From Antedon mediterranea (taxonomy: Eukaryota; Animalia; Echinodermata), in NCBI RefSeq assembly GCF_964355755.1, contig NC_092675.1:9357812-9421811 (forward strand): a DNA stretch of 64,000 bases, given 5' to 3'. A model generated the notes under the pieces. That model was given only the letters and a program-made list of their open reading frames with translations, was not told where the DNA came from and made no database searches. The position numbers and the translations under genes were made by a program. This document shows, piece after piece, positions 10,296 through 21,865 of the stretch. Each line of letters starts with the position of its first letter. Within the stretch, counting starts at the first letter, position 1.

Positions 10296-13200
10296 CTGAA
10301 AAACAAACAAAATCAATGATGTCATGATACGTTGTACAGTGTAGTTTAATTGAGAGTGAGTCACGCTTTACATTCACAATGTATTATCATTGGATGTTGT
10401 AGATAACCTATCGGAAATAATCAAAGGATGCAAATGAAAAAAACTTGTTAAGAAAAAACTCTCAATTTCAATACAGATTAGTGAATACATTTACTATTTA
10501 CACTGGGAGGCTATGGTTGTCTAAATCAATTTAAAATCTATAGTTTCGTATAGTAAGTACCACATGGCTGACAATTTTAAGCAGTGGTTCTTTTTGTATT
10601 GTGAATGTCATTGTGTCTTTTTAGCAAATAATGAAATAAATGTCTACACACATTCAACAATAAATAAAGAGCTATTAGAGTAATCAAAGATGTTTACAGT
10701 TTCGTTCTTTATTTATTTTGTTACGGGCTAACATTTCATTTGAGGACAGTTATTCGTTCCTTATAATATCCAGGATATGCTACAGACAAACCTTTCTCAA
10801 GACAAACATAAGCCCAAATTTCATAAAATAGATTTAAAACGTGAGAGTTATGTCGTGAGAAAAACCTAGATTCATAGAGATTTCTAACTGACGATTATTG
10901 GGTTGAACATTTAATGTAAGCTATTAACTAAATTCATATTAAAGCCATCCAGTTCATATGTTTAATCTTCATATTAAAGCTTTCTACACTATCAAACTTT
11001 ATGTGACAAAAAAAATGTAATGTGCCCATACTGTATGTAGACACGATGTTATCATATCACTACCATATTTCTTTTCAAACTACTGTAGTTAGATAGTGTA
11101 GACAGAGCTTTATAGGTTGTTTTTGGTTACTGCAATAAATGTACAATATATCAAATTCACAAACATTAAGCTTAGTCTACACTATATAACTAGCTTGACA
11201 AAAAAAAAGTGTGATGTGCCCAAAATGGTAGTAATATGACATGTGTCCATATATGAGCATATCACTTTTTTTTCCATATAGTTTGATAGTGTAGACAGAG
11301 CTTTAGCAAATTAAAGTAAAGAATGGGTTGGTTAAATTCCCATTGGAATTATTGAATAGTATTGGCAGAATTAAAATACAAAGCTTTTTGGATGAACAGA
11401 GTATGCAAGAATGCGTCATATTAGGCAACAAGTGCCAAGGTGGAAAGATAGGGTTTAGCTCTTTTTTTAAAAAACATTTTAAATTTATTTCTTTTCTAGG
11501 AAATTTATCAAGTATTCATATACTATCAAGTTGATCTATTCAATACAGTAAAGGTAATTGAATTACTGTATTTGCACTGCTATAATACAAAATACTAAAT
11601 ACACACGCATGGCAAGCCTGTGAAATATCCAGGGTACCTAAAAGAAAGCATCTATATATAAATTTACGTAATTGAAAATTTTGGTAAATCGCGTCTTACT
11701 TCTAGAATTTTTACTCGATGGTATATAAAGTTGGTTCGTACATTCGGTACTGATTTTAACCACCTGATGTAACCCTGTTTACTAATTAAATTGAGTTAGA
11801 TAATTAGTTATTGACAATTTAAGCCCAAGCAAGTTCGACATGATGATGGAAACGAATTTAGGTTAAATGATTTGCCCCAAATAGGGGTGTTTTCCGATCG
11901 TGGTATACACTGTCTAATGGATGTCCATCTTGAAAAATACCCGCACACAATAATTTAATTTGGAACAAAAGTATGTATGTATGTATAAATAATATTATTA
12001 TAGTTACCTCTCCATAAAGTCTCAACTTTAATGAATCCATTTGCCGTTGGAATTTCTCACATTTCTTTTTCTGTCGTTGAAAATCTTCTTCTTTCTGTGT
12101 CAATTTCTTCTGAAGTAACAAGAGCTGATTAGTGAGTTCGATGCTCTTGCGCTTTTCATATGTTGATCGATTATCCTGATTATTCAATGAAAATTCAATG
12201 TTTAAATAATTAAGTTCATCATCTTGTATGTTACCGTTTGTCACTTTTGGTACAACATACCCATTTGACGTGATGGATGAGCATTTCTTTTTGCCGCTAT
12301 CTACCTGAAGTTCATCATATAATTCATTGTTCATCTGAATTTGATTCTGATAAATTTCTTCTGTAGAATTTTCTTTTTTCATTTGATTCACAATTTCTTC
12401 GGCCATTTCTGATTGATCGTGGAAAGAGAAACCATACCGTTTGCGAGGGTCTTTATTTCTCCGGTACGATACATTTTGTGATTTGTCTTTTATGTGCATG
12501 TTATTTACTGTATGCCTCAAGTTTACGTACGTTTCTGCTTCGTTAGTGTAATGCATTGAGATGATTGATCGTGGTCGTGCAACTGAGCCTGCATCAAAGT
12601 TGATCATGTTTGTTGGAGGGAACATACCAGCAGGGTTTTTAATTAAGTAGTGGACAAGTTGAAGGCTTAGCGCAGTGCTACCCAGTAATATAAACCCACC
12701 AGCTCGACGAGGTCGAAGAATATGTGGTGCAAAAACATTTGCCAGATTTCCAAGACCCATCTTATTTTGTCTCTCGTATTTATGAACATCATGAAGAAAA
12801 TCGCAAAGAAATTTCAGAAGATTGTAATTGATTCGAGGAAGCAAGGCGATCTGGATAATAAGTTCATGTCGACCGCGGTCCTCATTTTGAAAGAGAGTCC
12901 TGATGGCATTCTCAAAGAATTTGTAATGCGCCCATGGTACAACAGGTTCTGGTAACATCTGAAAATAACGTTTTAATAAAGACGCAACAGTATGAACATC
13001 GACTTCAAAATTGTCTAAATTTGGTCTTTGTCCACAATCAAATGCATCCTGAAGTTCTTGAACGAGTCCTGCTCTTCCATTTAACCTATAAAATATATAT
13101 GGATATTAAAATTAACAAACTACTATGGAACAATTTTTGATAATACGTTTAAAGGCTACATACCAGAAATTATACCCTTTTTTCACTTTTGTAAATTTGA

Positions 13201-16200
13201 TCATCCCTTTTGTCTTGTCTATAAAGTATATACAGTATATATATTTTGTTACAAAATAATCAGAAGTATATTTGATTGAAAAAACAGTCCATAAAAATAA
13301 GGGGTTTGCCAAATTTATAAAAGAAAGAGAGAAAAAAATACATTATAATGTAGGTCTACATCAAATGACTCATTGTATGAATAACAATAAGGTAGTTTCC
13401 TTTATTTTATGCTAATTAATATATAAAATTTGATGAAAATGTTTTTATCATGATTTCATGCTAACGCTGGTTATTAAATAAATACAATGATATTATATCA
13501 TATGGTTATTGTTAATGATAATTTTTTTATGTTGAGTTAAAGATGTATTGTCTCCCTGAAAAACTAATTCTTAACAAAGTTTTTTGAATATTTGCCATTC
13601 TAATGTCAAGTTATAAAAAATTGTATTTACCTGAAAAAATTTAAAGCAAAAAATAGTTAAATTGGCTGCCAGGCAATTGGTTTTTTGTTGAATTTAACTG
13701 CTTATTCCGTCGTTTTAAACATTATTTAATTAATTTTTTTTCTACGGAAGTGAATAACTTTATTAAAACTACAAAATAACCGATTTAAAATCTGACTTTA
13801 TTAATCTTCATTTTTCATGTTTTTGCGGGACAATACATCTTTAATAATGTTTTACCTGAAGATGCCTTCCTCTGTTAGACCATTTTTTCGCAGATAATCC
13901 ACGCATGTTTCCACTACATACGGAATTAACCTGGTTGTTGTATCACTTTCATCTGTTATTGTATCTTCTAAACTTTGGCCAAACACACCTAAATTTCATA
14001 GAGATCAATCAAGCATTTTGTTTATTTAAAAATTCGGATTACTTTAAAATAAAAAATGCTTAAAACATCAAAAAAATGCTTCAGGTCATCTACCTTTCTT
14101 TAATGCGTAAGTTAGTTTGGATTCTAGGTAACAGCCTAGGCCTACATGATCCCTACAGCTAATCACATTATGTTTGAAATAAAAAACACATGGAATTCTG
14201 ATAAATCCATGCATAAAAAGGAAACTAAAATCCTCTATCTATCACTTTTTATCCAAAGGAATGACAATATGGCATGCCACGTTATCTGCTTATCTGCTAT
14301 TAGAGGGGGTCTTTGATCTGTCAACGGCCTAGAGATTTTCTTTAATGAAAATTCTGACGCACTTTGCGGTAAGGAGACTCATTTCCAGCTTAAATCCCAC
14401 AGCTCCTGAGACGCAATGACTAAACAGGATATCACATGGCTGTATGTCTTTAGTATATTTTTTTAATCTCAAATATTATCTCAAAAAAGATGAAACTGAT
14501 TATTCTTGTCTGAAAATGTGTTCTACATTCGACTAGGTGATAGTACAAGAGTTTATAAAAGCGTAGCATCAACAAGCAGTGGCATAACACAGACACTTGA
14601 GGCCGCTGGTTTATAGACATTAAGTGGACCTCTCACGCTGGGGGTCTGAAACGTTTTTAGGTTTTTTAAACATATTTTAAAGCTCAGGTACAGGCATGAA
14701 TTTTAAATATAATATTTGAAGTTGAATAAAAATATCAGAAATGTAATATTCAAGTTATATTACCTATATTTAGTTATCTGATAACATTTTTTACCACACC
14801 GTTTATTTTTCATAGCTTTTTAAAATTCCTCTCTATTTACAAAATTTGTGTACAAAAGAATAGAGATTTTTCTGTGTAATTTGAACTATCCCCCCACTGA
14901 TAAGAAAGTGCTTATTTTCAAAAAGCTCGTGTAACACAAATAAAATCCCCAAAATTATGAAACATAGGGGAAACTATAGATCGATAATTATTGGAATGTA
15001 TGATCAATAGAAATTTTTTTGCCCGCACCTGGCCTTTAATGTCTGTTTTTTTCCTCTGGCCATTGCACAGCGGCCCCTGGGTTTACCCAGTGAGTGCTCA
15101 TATGCGTTGTGCCACTGTCAACAAGAATGTTTCCAAGATATGTAAAACGCAAATACACAATGACAAAAAGTTTTTCAATGACATTTTTCGTATTAAAATT
15201 GTCAACTTACATGCTGCTGCTGCTGCCGCCGCTACTGAACTACTAAGCACTTCCTAATTGCTTACTTGTACAAAATATTTGGGAAGGTGTAACCTAACAG
15301 TACTACTATCACAATATATGGTAATTATTTTAATATTTATCAACAAGGTTGCAAATTTGTACCTCCTCTTATCCTTCGTATTTGCCTTTCCCATTTTTCT
15401 GCTTCAAACTGACTAGCAGCACAGAGACTCAAAGGTTTGTTGTAGCAACCATTCACTGGTTTCTGGTCATTTCCTGGAAACAATTAAACAGAAAGAAACA
15501 TTCATTTTAATTTTTTTTTTAATGTGAAAAATTAACAGTAAATTGTAATAGCAATAATATATACACTTAATATAAAAATCAAAAAATATATATTGTAGTA
15601 TTTTTATTGATTCTGAACATTTCATATAATTATAGAGTAGCAACAGCTAAAATTCTAATCTGAAGGATGAGATATGTACATTATACCCTTAAGTGTTATA
15701 ATATTTCTGTTTGTGTGTGTTTAGATAAACAACTGTTGGATTGACTCTCTGATAAATATATTAAAGTGGTTGTGATTTTATTATCGCTATAAAAGTGAAT
15801 TCCCACATCAATGAACATTCATTCTTTTTGACAGCTTACTCCAGACAAAATACAACAAATGTCCTCAGTGAAACAGCCATGAACATTGACGATCTAACAG
15901 ATAACTCCAAAATAAAAAAGATTAAAAACATTTAAGCCTGGTGTACATTATCATGTTGACGAGCAGACTCTTTGAATTGGACAGGGTCAGACCCTCTGCC
16001 TTACTCACATCAATTGCACAGGGTCGGAACCCCTACCTTACTCACATCCTTGTGTGCTTAATCTAGATATAAATTTTCTTCAAAATTGAACTGAAATAAA
16101 ATTAATAAAGTATATCTAATATAGAAGATTATTGGATATATCAAAAACTTGACATTTGACCTAAACTGGTTAATAATTAATAATAATATAACCATGAGAC

Positions 16201-16758
16201 GTTTATTAAGGTCATTTGGGAATAAGGAGGTAAGTTATCCATCCCCCACTAACTTTCCCTATTAGTCCTATATAAACCTGATTATTCCTATATGATATAT
16301 TTATTAATTTAATATGGTGAGTAACTGTCAAACAGTCCCTATAGAATTATTATTATTATATAGTAGGTCTAAACAAAGAAAATATCAAAATAATAACTGA
16401 TAATATTTATAGTAATATAACACGTCGTTGACAAAGATTAATTGAGTGTGATAGATCTTTATATTATGTTTAATAATAATTTTTTAATTGTGAAGCCCAT
16501 ACCTGGTTTTATATCGAGGATGCAGCCTTCTGGTTCATCTGGTTGTGAAGCTAATCTGGAACTAAGCTTTGTACCCTCTAAAGGCATCGAACCTAGAAGT
16601 TTGAAGTAATGAAGGTGACCATCTGCAAGCACGAACCAACACTTTTGCCATGACTTGAATAGCACCCCTTGATGTGTCTTCAGCCACCCACTGTACAGTA
16701 TATCTGTGGCATTTGTGTTGAAAACTGGTTCCGGAAGAATCTTAGCAGCTGGGTCAGT
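10185..16758 (-). CDS. ARHGAP24: Rho GTPase-activating protein, ARHGAP22/24/25 (FilGAP) family: PH + RhoGAP + coiled coil; first coding exon(s) further upstream
   Basis: In-frame GT-AG exons 16503-16758, 15363-15473, 13856-13988, 12008-13085, 10185-10295. PH: YSGWLK..KSWQKCWFVL. GAP: GVFGQSLEDT, GLTEEGIFRL (Arg finger), DAFDCGQRP, DVHTVASLLK, NYNLLKFLC, NKMGLGNLANVFAPHILRP. C-terminal coiled coil. The exact paralogue cannot be resolved. Confidence 0.92.
10978..11109. mobile_element. Harbinger-like MITE family A copy
   Basis: Same TIR and core as the other family A copies; TWA flanks. Confidence 0.8.
11169..11302. mobile_element. Harbinger-like MITE family A copy, inverted relative to its neighbour
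   Basis: AGCTTAGTCTACACTA..TAGTGTAGACAGAGCT; TTA TSD on both sides. Confidence 0.8.
12008..13085 (-). CDS. ARHGAP24: RhoGAP exon: GAP core, linker, coiled coil
   Basis: Acceptor tatag; LNGRAGLVQELQDAFDCG...LKLRLYGE; phase-0 donor GAG|gtaact. Confidence 0.93.
13541..13840. mobile_element. Kolobok-like non-autonomous element
   Basis: Perfect 12-bp TIR AGATGTATTGTC/GACAATACATCT with TTAA TSD; RR..YY termini. Confidence 0.75.
13856..13988 (-). CDS. ARHGAP24: RhoGAP exon: GAP domain start with arginine finger
   Basis: GVFGQSLEDT...IPYVVETCVDYLRKNGLTEEGIFR; acceptor tttag, donor AG|gtaaa. Confidence 0.95.
14577..15117. mobile_element. hAT-like MITE interrupted by a Kolobok-like insertion
   Basis: TIR CAGTGGCATAAC / GTTGTGCCACTG; 8-bp TSD TCAACAAG. 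A related degraded copy lies at ~16835-16980. Confidence 0.8.
14681..15035. mobile_element. Kolobok-like non-autonomous element (family K2)
   Basis: TTAA TSD; imperfect TIR AGCTCAGGTACAGGCA / TGCCCGCACCTGGCCT; highly similar to 39115-39690. Confidence 0.8.
15363..15473 (-). CDS. ARHGAP24: RhoGAP exon: PH C-terminal helix
   Basis: Acceptor tttccag, donor G|gtacaa; LSLCAASQFEAEKWERQIRRIRG. Confidence 0.9.
16503..16758 (-). CDS. ARHGAP24: RhoGAP exon: PH domain N-terminal part
   Basis: Phase-0 acceptor ttttcag, donor G|gtatgg; TDPAAKILPEP...YSGWLKTHQGVLFKSWQKCWFVLADGHLHYFK. Confidence 0.9.
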
Positions 16759-17259
16759 CTGAAAATAGAATTATTTTATATATTAAATATAAAGGGAAAC
16801 ATACAACACTGTATTACTTTATCTTAAATAAGTTCAGTGGCTTAAGACCCCTTGTTTAATTAGCACTCCTCAAGTGCCCTCCAATGCTGGGTAGTTGCAT
16901 TGGACTGCTCATGCTCTGGTGCGCCGTGACCTCTGGGCCCCTGGGTTTAGCCAGTGAACACTCATAGCTGTTACCCCATAGTTTTGTTGGGTTGTGATTC
17001 TCACACAGCATAGCCCTTATAGTTGTCTACTGTTTTTTACTGTAGTTATGAAGCTTTCATTTATATGTCTTTGGGACTGAAACCTTTTAGCGAACAATAA
17101 AAGAGAACACAACTCATATAACAGCAAGAATTAGAGGAAGTTTCAAATCTAATAAACTACATATTTTCCACCACATTTCAACTGACAAGCCAAGACTGGA
17201 TGGTTTCCCCTTGAATACAAACTATATAATAAGTTTAAATTTATCGGTCAGCACAGTAC

Positions 17260-17470
17260 CTGGATATTACAACTTTTTCCCTTGATATCTCTAAAGACCC
17301 ATAATGTGTTTGTATTAGTGGGCGTGTCAAGGTCTAAATGTGACCATAATCTAATTAATTTACTTTCATTCTTTCCATAAACAAACGGTCTCTTTTGGGT
17401 TGAGTTCTTTCTTTGAAAGCGAAGAATGTAATTTTTGAGTTGAAGACGGACTTTCAACACATTTTGAAAT
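17260..17470 (-). CDS. Candidate alternative upstream exon of the RhoGAP gene
   Basis: Open frame ending CAG|gtactg in phase 0, compatible with the PH exon; no recognised homology. Confidence 0.3.
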
Positions 17471-19158
17471 CTGATTTAAATGTCAAAGATTAAAAACATA
17501 TTATTATTATTATAGATAATTTAGACATTAAAATCAGGAAGACTAATTTCTAATTCATGCATTAGTTCAGAATACAATAATAGCTGTATTTTAATTCAAC
17601 CATTGGCTGTGTGTTGGCAATCAGAAATAAAAAAAAATTACAACATTCTGATGAATTCTTCATGCCAATTTAAATATCCGTTGTTTCCTTATCATCAATT
17701 AAATAAATTAAATCCTTAGTTTAAGGTTTAGTAACATTTTAATATGATAAAGGTTTTAGAGTAGTAATGTTTATTTTGATACTAAAATAAATAAAACTGA
17801 CTCTTGATATTAAAGGTAGCTGTCTCTGTGAATCTACAGATAGATGGTCTAAAACTGAAGCACCAAAATAAAGGGGTGAGTTTTTCCCTTGAACATTTTG
17901 TGTGAAAACATTAATATAAAGTTGGGGTTTTGTGTCAGTATGAAGCGAAAGAATAAAGAATACTGGTCAGGTTTAAGACTGTCTTTTTGTTTTTTTAGAG
18001 ATGTAGAAATAAGTGAAAGAGATTGCCATCTTCCTTGATGATTCAACTCTTACTTTCACTTCTTATCTTTTCTTCCCTTCAACAACTGTTCATTCCATCA
18101 GTCAAATGCCAGATGTATAATGGTTTTTAATACTTTGAATTTTAACTTTTTGTAAAATATAAAAAGGTAGAAATATATTCTTTATAAGTTCTTATAGAAA
18201 TTATAAATGGTTAAACTATAATAATAGACCTACTATATATTTAAGGGTGGGAAACAGATGGAGAAGGGGCTTCCATACAGTTGAAATGGCAACTTGTACA
18301 TTCAACAAAACAATATTCCAAGTTTTACAAAGATTAATTAAACTAAAAATATCTATGGTAATAAAACCTATAAATGGTTGATTTAAAGTACATCCAGGTT
18401 TGTGTTAAATATGTAAGTTTTATAATATATTGAAAAAAAAGGTTTATTTGTATAAAAATCTCATGAGAACTAAAGATGTTTCTATCAATTATACTTTGTT
18501 ATTTGGAAATGCACCACACTATGTTAATGTATTCCTCTCTCAACAGTCAATCAAAATGTATTAAACACTTTAAAGAAACGTTGTGGTAAGTGTTAAACTA
18601 AAACCAGAAAACAGTTGTAAATAGTTGTATGGTTTTAAAATCACTCAACAGCCTAGAAAAGTCTTCCGTTTTCTCCATCATCTGGAGTTTTTTTTTCAGT
18701 GTTAATTTAAAACTGATGAAATAAAGAGAGCAGACATAAGGAAGTAATGATAACTAAATTTGTTGTTTCATAAAAGCAGAAACAGAACAAAATACAGAGT
18801 ATGGAGTCGTTGTATGTAAAGAGTTTACTGATCACACAAGTACTTGTATATCAGTTTAACTTGGATTTGATGTGATTCAAATGAGTTTTCATTTTCTATA
18901 AAGGACTAAGTGCATGTGAACAGAGGGTTAAGAGAAATCATACATGGGATAAATGCAATATTACATTAATTTTGGAAATTGGCCAGCCAAAGTAAGCCAA
19001 AACCAAAAACTAAAAAAGGTTTTCTCTTAAGACAACTACTTGAATGACATATGCCAGAGAACATGTGGTTGGAGAAACATGCCATAACAGTATTACTACA
19101 AGGATTTAAAGGCCTAATGTCAATATAGATTCTGGTCTTTGTCTTCAGGTTTTCTTAA

Positions 19159-21865
19159 CACATTGACTGCCAAGGCATTTTCCGTAATTTCTGTCCCAGT
19201 GCCAAGTCCCGTTTACATATTAAATTACAGTTTGAAAGTGTAACATCTGGTCACAGACTATCATGATGTCATTCAAAATACGATGGCGGGAAAAACCGTT
19301 GAGACGTATAAATACGTCACTGGCAATGGTCCAACAATTTTATTGACTTTGCCAGGAACGTAAATATACGTCAGGGATTTTCCGCGCTAAAATCGGTCAA
19401 ACTGTTCATATACGTCATTGTCCACGCTCATACGTCATTGTCCACGTGCATGCGGTACATCATTGCCCACATTGCTGTTCACAATGGCGGAAAACATTAG
19501 TGCTGACCAAGCTATAGCTATACTTATGGCAGACGATGAAGATGATGTAGATACAGATTCTGATATGCGATCAATTGATGAATATAGTGAAGATGACATG
19601 AGTAGTGATTATGCAGATAGTGATCATAGTATCACTTCTTCGGATGACACAGACGTAGGCCCAGCAGTGGTGATGCGTGGTAGACCTGTACCCCGCGGGC
19701 GTGGCCCAAGAATGAGAGGAGGGCGCGGCCGAGCAGTCGGGCGCGGAAGGAATGCATCTCCAGTAGGAAGTCCAAGACGTGGTCGTGCACCTCGTCGTGT
19801 GCCGCGTGGTGCTGCTGCTCGCCGTGGTGCTGCTGCTCGCCGTGGTGGTGGGCATCATGTATGGACAGACGTTGCAGAGGACCCACCAGATTTTATATTT
19901 TCAGAGATCCCTGGATTAAAAATCCAAATGCCAGATGATGCATCACCCTTTGATTTTTTTGAATTGTTTATTACGCCACCGATAATAGATATGATGGTTA
20001 CCGAAATGAACAAATATGCTATATCGGAGATCAATAAAAACAGACCGTTGACACGTTCTTCACGTATGCATGCCTGGTACAATACGAACGCAGTTGAGAT
20101 GAAGAAGTTCCTTGCTCTAATGATTCAACTTGGTCCAAATAATAAACCAACATTGGAGCACTACTGGAGCTCTAATGTCTTGTACAAGAACACATTATTC
20201 GGCGGTGTTATGTCCCGTAACCGTTTTCAACTAATGTTACGATTCTGGCACTTCGTTGATAATGAAGCACATCATGATGATAGATTATACAAGATACGAC
20301 CTCTTGTGGATCATTTCAATGACACGATGAAGAACATTTATTATCCAACAAAGAAATTGTGCCTTGACGAATCAATGGTACTTTGGCGCGGCAGGCTACT
20401 ATTTCGACAGTACATAAAGAATAAACGCCACAAGTATGGGGTGAAATTTTATGAACTATGTGAATCGCGAGGTATGATCATAAAAATCGCTATATACACT
20501 GGAGCTGGGTTTATTGAAGATAATGAAGGCCTAGGACTGACTGCAGCTATAGTTTTAGAACTTATGAAAGATTACCTGGACAAAGGCCATGTTTTGTATA
20601 CGGACAATTATTATAATTCTGTAGGGCTGACAAAACACCTAACCCAGCATTCTACATACTTATGTGGAACGCTCAGATTTGATCGCACCGAAAACCCCAA
20701 GGATGTGATAAACAGAAAATTGAAGAAAGGAGAAATTGAATGGAAACGGTCCGAATCAGTAGTCGTTTGTAAATGGAAGGACAAACGAAACGTGCTAACA
20801 ATATCGAACATGCACAGAGTTGAGATGGTCGATGTTACGAATCGAAATGGTAAAATTCAGAACAAACCAAATATTATTGGCGACTACAACATGGGAATGT
20901 CCGGTATTGACACGTCCGACCAGATGTTGTCTTATTATTCTTCTTTACGTAAGACGCTTCGCTGGTATAAAAAGATAGGCCTACATATAATTGAGATGTG
21001 TATTATAAATTCCCATATAATGTATAAAGATAAAACCGGGAAAAATATGTCACTTTTGGAATTTCGTGACAGTCTGACAGTTAGTTTGCTAGGAGATGCA
21101 TATACTGCTCTTCAGGAGAAAGGGGACCCACTCCCACCTGCCCCGGCCGGGGCCGCATTTCATTACCTTGATGTGCTGCCAGCTTCGGAAAAGAAAGCCA
21201 ATCGTGCCAAAAGATGCGTTGTCTGCGCAAATGCACAGGTTAGAAAAGAAACACGCTACTACTGTCCTGTCTGCCCTCAAAGACCCTCCCTCTGTGTAGT
21301 CAACTGCTTCAAAGCATATCACGAGTAAATAAAATGTGTACCGGTAATCCAAAGAGATGAGAAATGACCGGCTGTGTATTACATGCCATTTTGTGTTATT
21401 TTAAAATAAAAAATGATTATTATTATTATAGCGTAATTATAGTATTTATTTCCAATGACGTCACAAGCTGGGGTCAATATCTGACCCCCATCCTCTGACC
21501 CACCCTATCATCGAGAGATAAAAACAGTAAACCACACTGAATCATTTCATCCTTTATTATTTTTATTTACTATTAGCGCAATTTATGACATGTTTGAGAT
21601 GATTATATTGAGTGTGAGGGCGCCATCGTATCAACCATATTCAATGCATGAGGGAATAAACACAAACAAACATATGACATTTATTTTTAGATTATCGTTT
21701 ACGTACATCATTCATAAACTGCCATGCGATAATTCCTGTTCCAATCACCACTGCCAGCGATTCTACATACAATACAAAAGTGCTACGATTTTGACGTAGT
21801 ATTACGTCTTGGCAAGTAGCGACACGCAATTTTTGACGTATAAATACGTCGTGGCAGTGAACGTG
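19159..21865 (+). mobile_element. Full-length piggyBac DNA transposon
   Basis: TTAA at 19155-19158 and 21866-21869; TIRs CACATTGACTGCCA / TGGCAGTGAACGTG (12/14 match); subterminal GACGTA-N4-TACGTC palindromes; single transposase ORF. Confidence 0.95.
19484..21328 (+). CDS. piggyBac transposase (PGBD4-like), 614 aa from acaATGG
   Basis: Catalytic triad LCLDESM, YTDNYY, GIDTSDQ; KNKRHKYGVK; C-terminal Cys-rich domain CVVC..CPVC..CVVNCFKAYH; no stops. Confidence 0.95.
   Translation: MAENISADQAIAILMADDEDDVDTDSDMRSIDEYSEDDMSSDYADSDHSITSSDDTDVGPAVVMRGRPVPRGRGPRMRGGRGRAVGRGRNASPVGSPRRGRAPRRVPRGAAARRGAAARRGGGHHVWTDVAEDPPDFIFSEIPGLKIQMPDDASPFDFFELFITPPIIDMMVTEMNKYAISEINKNRPLTRSSRMHAWYNTNAVEMKKFLALMIQLGPNNKPTLEHYWSSNVLYKNTLFGGVMSRNRFQLMLRFWHFVDNEAHHDDRLYKIRPLVDHFNDTMKNIYYPTKKLCLDESMVLWRGRLLFRQYIKNKRHKYGVKFYELCESRGMIIKIAIYTGAGFIEDNEGLGLTAAIVLELMKDYLDKGHVLYTDNYYNSVGLTKHLTQHSTYLCGTLRFDRTENPKDVINRKLKKGEIEWKRSESVVVCKWKDKRNVLTISNMHRVEMVDVTNRNGKIQNKPNIIGDYNMGMSGIDTSDQMLSYYSSLRKTLRWYKKIGLHIIEMCIINSHIMYKDKTGKNMSLLEFRDSLTVSLLGDAYTALQEKGDPLPPAPAGAAFHYLDVLPASEKKANRAKRCVVCANAQVRKETRYYCPVCPQRPSLCVVNCFKAYHE

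Noticed and set aside
11858-12007. C-terminal tail of the 366-aa ORF (VTIIILFIH...)
   Set aside because: Read-through into intron past donor GAG|gtaact; the 10185-10295 exon completes the coiled coil.
19418-19483. TTG-initiated N-terminal extension of the transposase
   Set aside because: It lies in duplicated subterminal sequence; acaATGG at 19484 is the plausible eukaryotic start.
19571-21352. Antisense and alternative-frame ORFs within piggyBac
   Set aside because: Shadows of the GC-rich, repetitive transposase coding sequence.
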